64,000 nt of DNA from Clostridia bacterium (GTDB taxonomy: Bacteria > Bacillota > Clostridia > UMGS1883 > UMGS1540): positions 57,685 through 121,684 of the forward strand of contig JAFSAU010000038.1 of NCBI GenBank assembly GCA_017442155.1. The letters run 5' to 3'. A model generated the notes under the pieces. The model did no database searches. It was not told the DNA's origin and saw nothing but the letters and a program-made list of their open reading frames with translations. This document shows, one piece after another, positions 17,484-25,993 of this stretch; positions within the stretch are counted from its first letter, which is position 1; the number at the start of each line of letters is the position of its first letter. The position numbers were made by a program, and so were the translations under genes.

Positions 17484-18512
17484 ATGAAAAAGATAGAAAA
17501 AGTAAATCTCCCTGCCCTCTTTGCGGCAATTTCGGAGGAAGCCAGCCTCGTTCTGCCGGTGAAAAACGGCGGCATGACAAACTTCGCCCTCTGGAGCGAG
17601 GATGCAGACGTGGACCTGGAAACGCTGAAAACCGTAAAATCTGCCAAAGACGCCTTTTTTCCGCAGAGTGAAACGCTGTACAGCGTCCACCGGGAAGAGG
17701 GAAAGCTGAAAATCACACGGGGCGAGCTGATGGACGAGGATTTCGTATTGTTCGGTGTCCGCGCCTGTGATGCCCGCGGCTTTGAAGTCCTGGACAAGGT
17801 TTTCCTGTCCGACCCCGTGGATTCCTTCTATAAAGCAAGACGGGAACACGGCACCGTGGTGGCCTTGGCCTGCCATGCGCCGGAGGAAAGCTGCTTCTGC
17901 ACCACCTTCGGCATTGACAGCGCAGAGCCGGGCGCAGACGTGGATACCTGGATGGTTGGCGAGGCCCTGTACTGGAAAGCCAATACCGAAAAGGGTGAAG
18001 CACTCACAAACCGTCTTTCTGCACTTTTGTCTGATGCAGACGAAAAAGCAGTGGAAGAGGAAAAAGCAAATATCCGCGGCATTATGGAAAAGCTTCCTTA
18101 TGCCTCTCTTACCACAGAGGGCTGGGGCGGCGATGCACAGAAAGAAAAATTCGAGTCTCCTCTCTGGGAAGAGCTGTATAAGCCGTGCCTTGCCTGCGGT
18201 ACCTGTACCTTCGTGTGTCCCACCTGCCAGTGCTACGATATTAAGGACTATAGCACCGGCGAAGGCGTGCAGCGGTATCGCTGCTGGGATTCCTGCATGT
18301 ATTCTGATTTTACCATGATGGCCCATGGCAACAACCGCACCAGCCAGATGCAGCGGTATCGGCAGCGGTTTATGCATAAGCTGGTATACTATCCCGCAAA
18401 TTACGGCGGCACATTCTCCTGCGTAGGCTGTGGCCGATGCGTGGAAAAATGCCCGACGGGACTGAATATAGTGAAGGTTATGAAGGCCTTTGCGGAAAAG
18501 GAGGGCAAGTAA
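17484..18512 (+). CDS. flxB: FlxB/AsrA-like iron-sulfur subunit
   Basis: GVRACD, CFC, CLACGTCTFVCPTCQC, RCWDSC, CVGCGRCVEKCP. Confidence 0.8.
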   Translation: MKKIEKVNLPALFAAISEEASLVLPVKNGGMTNFALWSEDADVDLETLKTVKSAKDAFFPQSETLYSVHREEGKLKITRGELMDEDFVLFGVRACDARGFEVLDKVFLSDPVDSFYKARREHGTVVALACHAPEESCFCTTFGIDSAEPGADVDTWMVGEALYWKANTEKGEALTNRLSALLSDADEKAVEEEKANIRGIMEKLPYASLTTEGWGGDAQKEKFESPLWEELYKPCLACGTCTFVCPTCQCYDIKDYSTGEGVQRYRCWDSCMYSDFTMMAHGNNRTSQMQRYRQRFMHKLVYYPANYGGTFSCVGCGRCVEKCPTGLNIVKVMKAFAEKEGK

Positions 18513-18513
18513 A

Positions 18514-19368
18514 ATGTGTGAATGTAACTGCCATGAAAATTATGTAGAAGACACCCTGATTCCTAAGGTGGGCGTCATTACCGACATCCGTCAGGAAACA
18601 CCGGATGTCAAAACCTTCCGTGTCAATGCGCCGGAGGGCGGCAAGCTTTTTGAACATATGCCCGGACAGTGCGCCATGCTTTGTGCACCCGGCGTCAGCG
18701 AGGCGATGTTCTCTATCACGTCCTCTCCTACGAATAAGGAGTTTCAGGAGTTCAGCATTAAAAAGTGCGGCGAGCTTACTGACTATCTCCACAGCCTGTC
18801 TGTGGGCGATGAGATTACTGTACGCGGTCCCTATGGAAACAATTTCCCGGTGGAAACAGAACTGAAGGGAAAAAATCTTCTGTTCATCGCCGGCGGTATC
18901 GGTCTTGCACCGCTCCGCTCCGTAATCAACTATGTACTGGACAACCGCGGGAATTACGGCACTGTGGACATTCTCTACGGTTCCAGAAGTGCGGATGACC
19001 TGGTACAGCTGAAGGAAATCCGGGAGGTCTGGGAAAAGGCAGAGGGTGTGAATGTATATCTCACCATCGACCGGGAACAGGAAGGCTGGGACGGCCATGT
19101 GGGCTTCGTACCGGCGTATCTCAAAGAGCTGAATTTTGCTACGGATAAGACAGCACTCATCTGCGGTCCCCCGATTATGATTAAATTCGTACTTGCGGCA
19201 CTGACGGAAATGGGATTTTCCAAAGAGCAGGTGTACACCACACTGGAACTTCGCATGAAGTGCGGCGTCGGTAAGTGCGGCAGATGTAACATCGGTTCCA
19301 AATATGTCTGCAAGGACGGTCCGGTGTTCCGCTGTGATGAAATAGATGAAATGCCAAACGAGTATTAA
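18514..19368 (+). CDS. flxA: FlxA/AsrB-like FAD/NAD(H)-binding [2Fe-2S] subunit
   Basis: PGQ, RGPYGN, AGGIGLAP, CGPPIM, MKCGVGKCGRC..C.DGPV. Confidence 0.85.
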   Translation: MCECNCHENYVEDTLIPKVGVITDIRQETPDVKTFRVNAPEGGKLFEHMPGQCAMLCAPGVSEAMFSITSSPTNKEFQEFSIKKCGELTDYLHSLSVGDEITVRGPYGNNFPVETELKGKNLLFIAGGIGLAPLRSVINYVLDNRGNYGTVDILYGSRSADDLVQLKEIREVWEKAEGVNVYLTIDREQEGWDGHVGFVPAYLKELNFATDKTALICGPPIMIKFVLAALTEMGFSKEQVYTTLELRMKCGVGKCGRCNIGSKYVCKDGPVFRCDEIDEMPNEY

Positions 19369-19386
19369 GAGAGGAGCGAAAGTACG

Positions 19387-20061
19387 ATGGAGAACATGGT
19401 AAACGTATATTTTTTCGGTAAAAAATACAGCGTCCCCGGCGATCTTACGATTATGACAGCTATGGAATACGCCGGTTATACCCTCAAAAGAGGATGCGGC
19501 TGCCGACATGGCTTCTGCGGGGCCTGTGCGACGATTTACCGCATCAAGGGCAAAAATGAACTGAAAACCTGTCTGGCCTGCCAGACCCAGGTGCAGGAGG
19601 GCATGTATATTGCCAGCATTCCGTTTTTCCCGACGGACAAAAGAACGTATGAAATCAACGAGATTCGTCCTGACCAGCGGGTTATGATGGAGCTGTACCC
19701 CGAAATTTACAGCTGTATCGGCTGTAACGCCTGTACAAAGGCCTGTACACAGAGCCTGAATGTTATGCAGTACATTGCATACGCACAGCGCGGCGAATTT
19801 GAAAAGTGTGCAGAGGAATCCTTCGACTGTGTAAGCTGCGGCTGCTGCAGCGTGCGCTGTCCCGCAGGGATTTCCCATCCGATGGTCGGCCTTCTGGCCC
19901 GCCGTCTTGTGGGTAAATATATTGCCCCGGAAACCGAGCATCTTAAAAACCGGGTGGAGGAAATCAACAAGGGTGCATATGACGAACTTATCGAGCAGGT
20001 TATGCAAAAGCCCATCACGGAAATGCAGGAACTTTACAATACAAGAGAGATTGAGAAATAA
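19387..20061 (+). CDS. Soluble fumarate reductase iron-sulfur subunit (FrdB/SdhB-like)
   Basis: N-terminal [2Fe-2S] CRHGFCGAC..C, then CIGCNACTKAC and CVSCGCCSVRCP; precedes the flavoprotein. Confidence 0.75.
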   Translation: MENMVNVYFFGKKYSVPGDLTIMTAMEYAGYTLKRGCGCRHGFCGACATIYRIKGKNELKTCLACQTQVQEGMYIASIPFFPTDKRTYEINEIRPDQRVMMELYPEIYSCIGCNACTKACTQSLNVMQYIAYAQRGEFEKCAEESFDCVSCGCCSVRCPAGISHPMVGLLARRLVGKYIAPETEHLKNRVEEINKGAYDELIEQVMQKPITEMQELYNTREIEK

Positions 20062-20076
20062 GGAGGGAGAAAGGTT

Positions 20077-21675
20077 ATGTTTACAGCAGAAATGCTTGAA
20101 TCTATCAAAAAGGTAGAAGCGACCCGTGCGGAACGTATGAGCAAGGAGCCGAGAAGAATGACGGCAGACGAAAAGGAAGCCCTTCTCAAAGCCTATCATC
20201 CCGACTACCGTGAGGACGGCTTTGCAACCATTAAAGTGGGTCCCAACAAGGGGCAGAAAGCACCCCTGGAGCTGGGACAGCTGCTCCATTCCAACAGCCG
20301 AATTCTGAATGAAAATATTGACCTTACAAAGGTTGACTATGACGTGGATGTGCTTGTCATCGGCGGCGGCGGTGCAGGTTCCTCAGCAGCGATTGAAGCC
20401 CATGAAGCGGGCGCAAACGTCATGATTGTCACAAAGCTTCGTATCGGTGATGCCAACACCATGATGGCAGAGGGCGGTATCCAGGCGGCAGACAAGGAGA
20501 ACGATTCTCCCGTACAGCATTACCTGGATGCGTTCGGCGGCGGCCACTTTGCCGCACGTCCCGAGCTTCTGCGCCGTCTTGTTATGGAAGCCCCGGATGC
20601 AATCCGCTGGCTGAATGACCTCGGCGTTATGTTCGATAAGGACGAGGACGGCAGAATGGTTACCACCCATGGCGGCGGCACCTCCAGAAAGAGAATGCAC
20701 GCCTGTAAGGACTATTCCGGTGCAGAAATCATGCGTACACTTCGTGATGAAGTGATTAACCGCGGCATTCCTGTAGTAGAATTTACTTCTGCTGTTGAAC
20801 TTATCAAAGATGATAAGGGTCAGGTTGCCGGTGCAGTCCTGATGAATATGGAAACGGAGGATTACCTCGTAGCCCGTGCCAAAACCGTTATTATCGCAAC
20901 GGGCGGCGCAGGCAGACTCCACTATCAGAATTTCCCGACCTCCAATCACTACGGCGCAACCGCTGACGGTCTTGTACTCGGTTACCGCGCAGGCGCACCG
21001 CTCCTCTATCAGGATACGATTCAGTACCATCCCACGGGCGTTGCGTACCCGTCCCAGATTTTCGGCGCACTCGTTACGGAAAAGGTTCGTTCTCTCGGTG
21101 CAATGCTGGTTAATAAAGACGGTGAAGCGTATGCCCATCCGCTGGAAACCCGTGACGTTTCCGCATCTGCGATTATTCGCGAATGTGCAAACGGCAAGGG
21201 CGTAGAAACACCACTCGGCAGCGGCGTATGGCTCGACACCCCCATGATTGAAATCATTGGCGGCGAAGGCACCATTGAAAAGCGTATCCCCGCAATGCTC
21301 CGTATGTACATGAACTACGGCATTGATATGCGTAAGGTTCCGATTCTGGTATATCCCACATTGCATTACCAGAACGGCGGTCTTGAAATCGGTGGCGAGG
21401 GTTATACAAAGGCAATCCCGAACCTTTTAGTAGCCGGCGAAGCCGTTGGCGGTATCCACGGCAGAAACCGTCTGATGGGGAACTCCCTTCTCGATATCAT
21501 CGTATTCGGCAGAAATGCAGGTAAGGCCGCATCTGCCCGTGCAAAGGAAGTTACGCTTGGCAATATGAATCTTGACCATGTAAAGGCATATGCAGAAGAA
21601 CTTAAGGCAGCGGACGCCGAATTTGATGGTGTATCGCCCTTGCTTCTCCCCAAGTATGCCCGTCACGAAAGATAA
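20077..21675 (+). CDS. Fumarate reductase flavoprotein (FrdA/TfrA-like, soluble)
   Basis: GGGGAG, AEGG, ATGG.G, QYHPTG, TEKVR, ETRD, HYQNGG, HGRNRLMGNSL catalytic set. Confidence 0.85.
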   Translation: MFTAEMLESIKKVEATRAERMSKEPRRMTADEKEALLKAYHPDYREDGFATIKVGPNKGQKAPLELGQLLHSNSRILNENIDLTKVDYDVDVLVIGGGGAGSSAAIEAHEAGANVMIVTKLRIGDANTMMAEGGIQAADKENDSPVQHYLDAFGGGHFAARPELLRRLVMEAPDAIRWLNDLGVMFDKDEDGRMVTTHGGGTSRKRMHACKDYSGAEIMRTLRDEVINRGIPVVEFTSAVELIKDDKGQVAGAVLMNMETEDYLVARAKTVIIATGGAGRLHYQNFPTSNHYGATADGLVLGYRAGAPLLYQDTIQYHPTGVAYPSQIFGALVTEKVRSLGAMLVNKDGEAYAHPLETRDVSASAIIRECANGKGVETPLGSGVWLDTPMIEIIGGEGTIEKRIPAMLRMYMNYGIDMRKVPILVYPTLHYQNGGLEIGGEGYTKAIPNLLVAGEAVGGIHGRNRLMGNSLLDIIVFGRNAGKAASARAKEVTLGNMNLDHVKAYAEELKAADAEFDGVSPLLLPKYARHER

Positions 21676-21762
21676 AATAGTAAAAAACTGTAGGGCGAAA
21701 GTGCTGAAAATGCGCTTTCGCCCGAAGGTGTGTAAAAGTGTAGTGAAAGGAAAGAATAGAAA

Positions 21763-23028
21763 ATGGAATTGTTTGGCGGCGTAATCCCCGTAACCGGGAT
21801 TACCTTTCTGATGTTCTGTGTGTTTGCAGTTTTGTTCGTGGGCTATGCCCTTGGCCGCATTACGATAAAGGGCGTATCCCTTGGTGATGCAGGCGTGTTT
21901 GTCATTGCGCTTCTCTTTGGCGCACTCTTCTTTGCACCGCTGGAAAGCCAGCTGGTGATAAAGGGAGAGAGCGAAGCGGTGCATTTTGTGGAAAAAGCAC
22001 TGGAAATTATTGAAACTTTAGGGCTTATCCTCTTTGTTACCTCTGTTGGTTTTATTGCCGGACCGAAATTTTTCGGCAATATGAAAAAGAACTTTAAGTC
22101 TTATGTGCTTTTAGGTCTTGTGGTTATTCTGGCAGGCGGCCTTTCTGCCATTACCTGTATTTACATGGGCAGAGGGATTGGCTTTGGCTCTTCCATTGAA
22201 ACCTCTGAAGGTTTTACGGCTATGATTGTCGGACTTCTTTCCGGCTCGCTTACCTCCACACCCGCTTTTTCTGCGGCGAAGGCTACGGTGGCAGCGGAAT
22301 ATACCAGCCTTGTTTCTGTAGGGCACGGTATTGCGTACATATTCGGCGTTATCGGCGTTGTTCTGTTTGTACAGCTGATTCCGAAGCTTACACGCGCAGA
22401 TATGGCGGCAGAACGCGCAAAACTCACAAGCGCAAATGAAGGGCAAACGAAGAAGAAAACCGTAGGAAAGCTTCTCTCTCTGGACGGTCATGGTTTTGCG
22501 GCATTTTGCCTTGCAGCAGTGCTGGGTATGATTATCGGCAAAATTAAAATTCCCCTTTCCGGTGCAGGTCTTAGCGGCACATGCTTCTCCCTGACCACAA
22601 CAGGCGGCTGTCTGCTTACGTCTCTGCTTTTAGGTCACTTCGGCAGAATCGGCAAGCTTAACATGATGCCCGAGCAGTCCACTTTGAAGCTGTTCCGTGA
22701 GCTGGGTCTTGTTCTGTTCCTCGTAGGCGCAGGTATCCCCGGCGGTGCTGACTTTGTTGCAAACTTTGACCCGATGTACTTTGTATATGGTATGATTATG
22801 ACGATTATTCCTATGGTTATCGGCTTCCTGTTTGCAAAATATGTGCTGAAATTAAGCCTTCTCAATAATCTTGGTTCCATTACGGGCGGTATGACAAGTA
22901 CACCGGCCTTAGGAACGCTTATCAATACTGCAGGCACGGAGGATGTTGCTGCCGCATACGCCGCGACGTATCCCATTGCCCTCATTGCAGTTGTACTGGT
23001 TTCCCAGTTCCTGATTATCTTATTCTAA
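21763..23028 (+). CDS. AAE (AspT/YidE/YbjL) family transporter, candidate succinate exporter
   Basis: Duplicated membrane domains with GSLTSTPA and GGMTSTPALG, LGL.LF, YAATYP; no central TrkA-C domains. Confidence 0.8.
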   Translation: MELFGGVIPVTGITFLMFCVFAVLFVGYALGRITIKGVSLGDAGVFVIALLFGALFFAPLESQLVIKGESEAVHFVEKALEIIETLGLILFVTSVGFIAGPKFFGNMKKNFKSYVLLGLVVILAGGLSAITCIYMGRGIGFGSSIETSEGFTAMIVGLLSGSLTSTPAFSAAKATVAAEYTSLVSVGHGIAYIFGVIGVVLFVQLIPKLTRADMAAERAKLTSANEGQTKKKTVGKLLSLDGHGFAAFCLAAVLGMIIGKIKIPLSGAGLSGTCFSLTTTGGCLLTSLLLGHFGRIGKLNMMPEQSTLKLFRELGLVLFLVGAGIPGGADFVANFDPMYFVYGMIMTIIPMVIGFLFAKYVLKLSLLNNLGSITGGMTSTPALGTLINTAGTEDVAAAYAATYPIALIAVVLVSQFLIILF

Positions 23029-23040
23029 AGGAGTAAAACA

Positions 23041-23883
23041 ATGCGTGAAATTAATGTAAGTCTTGTGACGGACACAGTGGAAAAGCTGTGCATAGATGCA
23101 AACAACCACTTGCCGGAGGACGTGAAGTGCGCAATCAAAAACTGCCGTGCCTGTGAGGACGGCGAGATTGCACAAGGCGTGCTCGACAATATAATCGAAA
23201 ATTTCGAGATTGCAGACAATGAGAACGTACCGATTTGCCAGGATACGGGTATGGCCTGTGTATTCCTTGAAATCGGACAGGATGTACACTTTGTGGGCGG
23301 CGATTTGACTGATGCTGTCAACGAAGGTGTTCGTCGCGGCTACGATAAAGGATACTTACGTAAATCCGTCGTGGCTGACCCCGTGCGCCGCGGTAACACC
23401 GGCGACAACACCCCGGCGATGATTTATACGGAAATCGTACCGGGCGAAAATGTAAAAATTACTGTAGGCCCGAAGGGCTTCGGCAGTGAAAACATGAGCC
23501 GCATCTGCATGTTCAAGCCGTCCCACGGCATTGAAGGCATTAAGAACTTCATTCTGGAAACCGTGGAAATTGCAGGCCCCAATCCCTGCCCGCCCATGGT
23601 TGTGGGCGTCGGCATCGGCGGCACCTTTGATAAGGCGGCACTCCTTGCCAAAAAGGCACTGATGCGTCCTATCGATTCTGAAAACCCCGACCCCTATTAT
23701 GCAGACCTCGAAAAGGAAATGCTGGAGAAAATCAACGAGCTTGGCATCGGTCCCCAGGGCTTTGGCGGCAAAACGACTGCCATCGGTCTGAATATCGAAA
23801 CCATGCCTACCCATATTGCCGGTATGCCCTGTGCAATTAACATTAACTGCCACGTAACAAGACATAAGTCGGAGGTACTGTAA
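23041..23883 (+). CDS. fumA: Class I fumarate hydratase, alpha subunit
   Basis: PICQDTG, GYLRKS, KGFGSEN, GPNPCPP, CH..RH. Confidence 0.9.
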   Translation: MREINVSLVTDTVEKLCIDANNHLPEDVKCAIKNCRACEDGEIAQGVLDNIIENFEIADNENVPICQDTGMACVFLEIGQDVHFVGGDLTDAVNEGVRRGYDKGYLRKSVVADPVRRGNTGDNTPAMIYTEIVPGENVKITVGPKGFGSENMSRICMFKPSHGIEGIKNFILETVEIAGPNPCPPMVVGVGIGGTFDKAALLAKKALMRPIDSENPDPYYADLEKEMLEKINELGIGPQGFGGKTTAIGLNIETMPTHIAGMPCAININCHVTRHKSEVL

Positions 23884-23984
23884 AACGCATGGCGTTTTAC
23901 AGGGCAGACAAAAAGAACGAAAAAACCATCTGCATGACAGATGGGGTTTGAATATTTTTCTTTTCAAGAAAGGAAGTGGATGAA

Positions 23985-24542
23985 ATGGCTAAGAAGATTA
24001 CATTACCTTTAACAGAAAAACTGGCGAAAACCTTAAAAGCAGGGGATGAAGTACTTCTTACAGGTACAATTTATACATCCCGTGACGCAGGGCACAAGAG
24101 AATGTGCGAAACGCTAGCGAGGGGAGAGGAACTGCCCTTTGACCCGAAGGATGCAACCATTTATTATGTAGGTCCTACCCCTGCAAAGCCGGGGCAGGTC
24201 ATCGGCTCTGCCGGCCCTACCACCAGCGGTCGTATGGATGCCTACGCACCGACCATGATGAGCGTGGGAGCACGCGGAATGATTGGTAAAGGCGCACGTC
24301 TCCCCGAGGTAATTGATGCTATGAAAAAGTACAGCGGTGTTTACTTCGGTGCCATTGGCGGTGCCGGTGCGCTTCTTGCAAAATGTATTAAAAGTGCGGA
24401 GCTTATCGCCTACGAGGATTTGGGGGCAGAAGCACTCCGTAAACTGTATGTGGAGGATATGCCGCTGGTGGTCATTATCGACAGCGAAGGAAACAACCTC
24501 TACGAAAAAGGCAGAGAAGCGTATCTTGCTGGGCGAAAATAA
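23985..24542 (+). CDS. fumB: Class I fumarate hydratase, beta subunit
   Basis: RDAGHKR, YYVGP, GPTTSGRMD, IGKG, DLGAEA. Confidence 0.9.
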   Translation: MAKKITLPLTEKLAKTLKAGDEVLLTGTIYTSRDAGHKRMCETLARGEELPFDPKDATIYYVGPTPAKPGQVIGSAGPTTSGRMDAYAPTMMSVGARGMIGKGARLPEVIDAMKKYSGVYFGAIGGAGALLAKCIKSAELIAYEDLGAEALRKLYVEDMPLVVIIDSEGNNLYEKGREAYLAGRK

Positions 24543-24583
24543 TAAAAATTTCAAAAAAAAATTAACATTTTTTTGCAAAAGTA

Positions 24584-24612
24584 TTGAAATTGTGCCAAAA
24601 TAGTGGTAGAAT
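24584..24612 (+). promoter_or_regulatory. Sigma-A promoter of hup
   Basis: TTGAAA-17 bp-(TGG)TAGAAT. Confidence 0.6.
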
Positions 24613-24645
24613 AGACATAAGTTAAGGTTTGGAAGGAGTGAAAAC

Positions 24646-24918
24646 ATGAATAAGGCAGAACTCATCGCGGCAATCGCTGCAAATGCAGAGATTTCCAAAA
24701 AGGATGCGGACAAGGCCCTGGCAGCAGCTCTTGACACGATTACAGGCGTGCTGAAGGATGGAGGAAAGGTGCAGCTTATCGGCTTTGGTACTTTTGAGAC
24801 ACGGCAGCGTGCAGCCCGTAAGGGTAAGAATCCGCAGACAGGCGCAGAAGTTATGATTCCTGCAGCAAGCGTTCCGGTATTTAAGGCCGGTAAAGCTCTG
24901 AAGGAAACCGTAAAATAA
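24646..24918 (+). CDS. hup: DNA-binding protein HU
   Basis: [32 protein letters not shown]. Confidence 0.97.
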   Translation: MNKAELIAAIAANAEISKKDADKALAAALDTITGVLKDGGKVQLIGFGTFETRQRAARKGKNPQTGAEVMIPAASVPVFKAGKALKETVK

Positions 24919-24924
24919 GAAATG

Positions 24925-24976
24925 CACAGAAAAGAGACTGCAGAGGGCTTATTTCCTTGGCAGTTTCTTTTTGTGT
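24925..24976 (+). terminator. Terminator after hup
   Basis: AAAAGAGACTGC...GCAGTTTCTTTT. Confidence 0.65.
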
Positions 24977-25130
24977 AAAACCGACTCCGAGATAAAAGTT
25001 TTTTCGGAACGCATTTTGAACAAAACGACCGTATGTTTGCTTTGTTTATTGTATATTTTTAACACTGTACAAGGTTGCAGTTTTATGTTACAATATAGAT
25101 GTTTGAATCGTAGAAAAGGGAAGTGAAACT

Positions 25131-25979
25131 ATGTACAAAATTGTACGGAAGCGGGCACTGAACCCCACTGTAACCCAGATGGAAATTGACGCGCCGCGTG
25201 TGGCGGCAAAGGCGAAGCCCGGCCAGTTCATTATTTTGCGTGTGGACGTGGACGGGGAGCGGATTCCGCTGACGGTGGCGGGAACGAATCCGGCAGAAGG
25301 AACAGTAAAGATTATTTTTCAGACGGTGGGCGGCACCACGGCGCGCTTGCAGCAGAAAAACGAGGGAGAATATATTGAAGACTTCGTAGGGCCTCTGGGC
25401 CGGCCTACCCATACGGAAGGCATTAAAAAGGTATGCGTTGTGGGTGGCGGTGTTGGCTGCGCCATTGCCATGCCGGTGGCGGAGGAATTTCACCGCCTTG
25501 GAGCAGAGGTCACCAGCATTATCGGCTTCCGGGATAAGGACCTTTTGATTTTGGAAGAGGAATTTAAAGCCTGCTCCGACCGGCTGATTGTTATGACAGA
25601 TGATGGCTCCTACGGAAGGCACGGCAATGTGACAGTGCCGCTTGGAGAAATGCTGGAGGCGGGTGAGACATTTGATATGATTATCACCATTGGTCCGCTT
25701 ATTATGATGAAGTTTGTGACGCTTGCGGCAAAGCCCTATGGTGTGCCGGTTACCGCGTCTATGAATCCGATTATGATTGACGGCACGGGCATGTGCGGCG
25801 GCTGCCGTCTCACCTTAAATCAGGATGGAAAAAAGGTGACTAAATTTGCCTGTGTGGATGGCCCGGAATTCAATGCCTATGAAATTGACTTTGATGAGGC
25901 GATGTCCCGCGGTAGAATGTATACTGATTTTGAGCGGCACGCCTATGAGGAAGCCTGCAATTTGTTTAAGAAAGCATAA
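25131..25979 (+). CDS. nfnA: NADH-dependent reduced ferredoxin:NADP+ oxidoreductase, small subunit
   Basis: KPGQFIILR, GERIPLT, GPLG.P, MIDGTGMCGGCR, ACVDGPEF. Confidence 0.92.
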   Translation: MYKIVRKRALNPTVTQMEIDAPRVAAKAKPGQFIILRVDVDGERIPLTVAGTNPAEGTVKIIFQTVGGTTARLQQKNEGEYIEDFVGPLGRPTHTEGIKKVCVVGGGVGCAIAMPVAEEFHRLGAEVTSIIGFRDKDLLILEEEFKACSDRLIVMTDDGSYGRHGNVTVPLGEMLEAGETFDMIITIGPLIMMKFVTLAAKPYGVPVTASMNPIMIDGTGMCGGCRLTLNQDGKKVTKFACVDGPEFNAYEIDFDEAMSRGRMYTDFERHAYEEACNLFKKA

Positions 25980-25993
25980 GGGAGGGAACGAAA

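Noticed and set aside
25042-25066. Rex site upstream of nfnA
   Set aside because: Only a near half-site (TTAACAC); the other half does not match at the required spacing.
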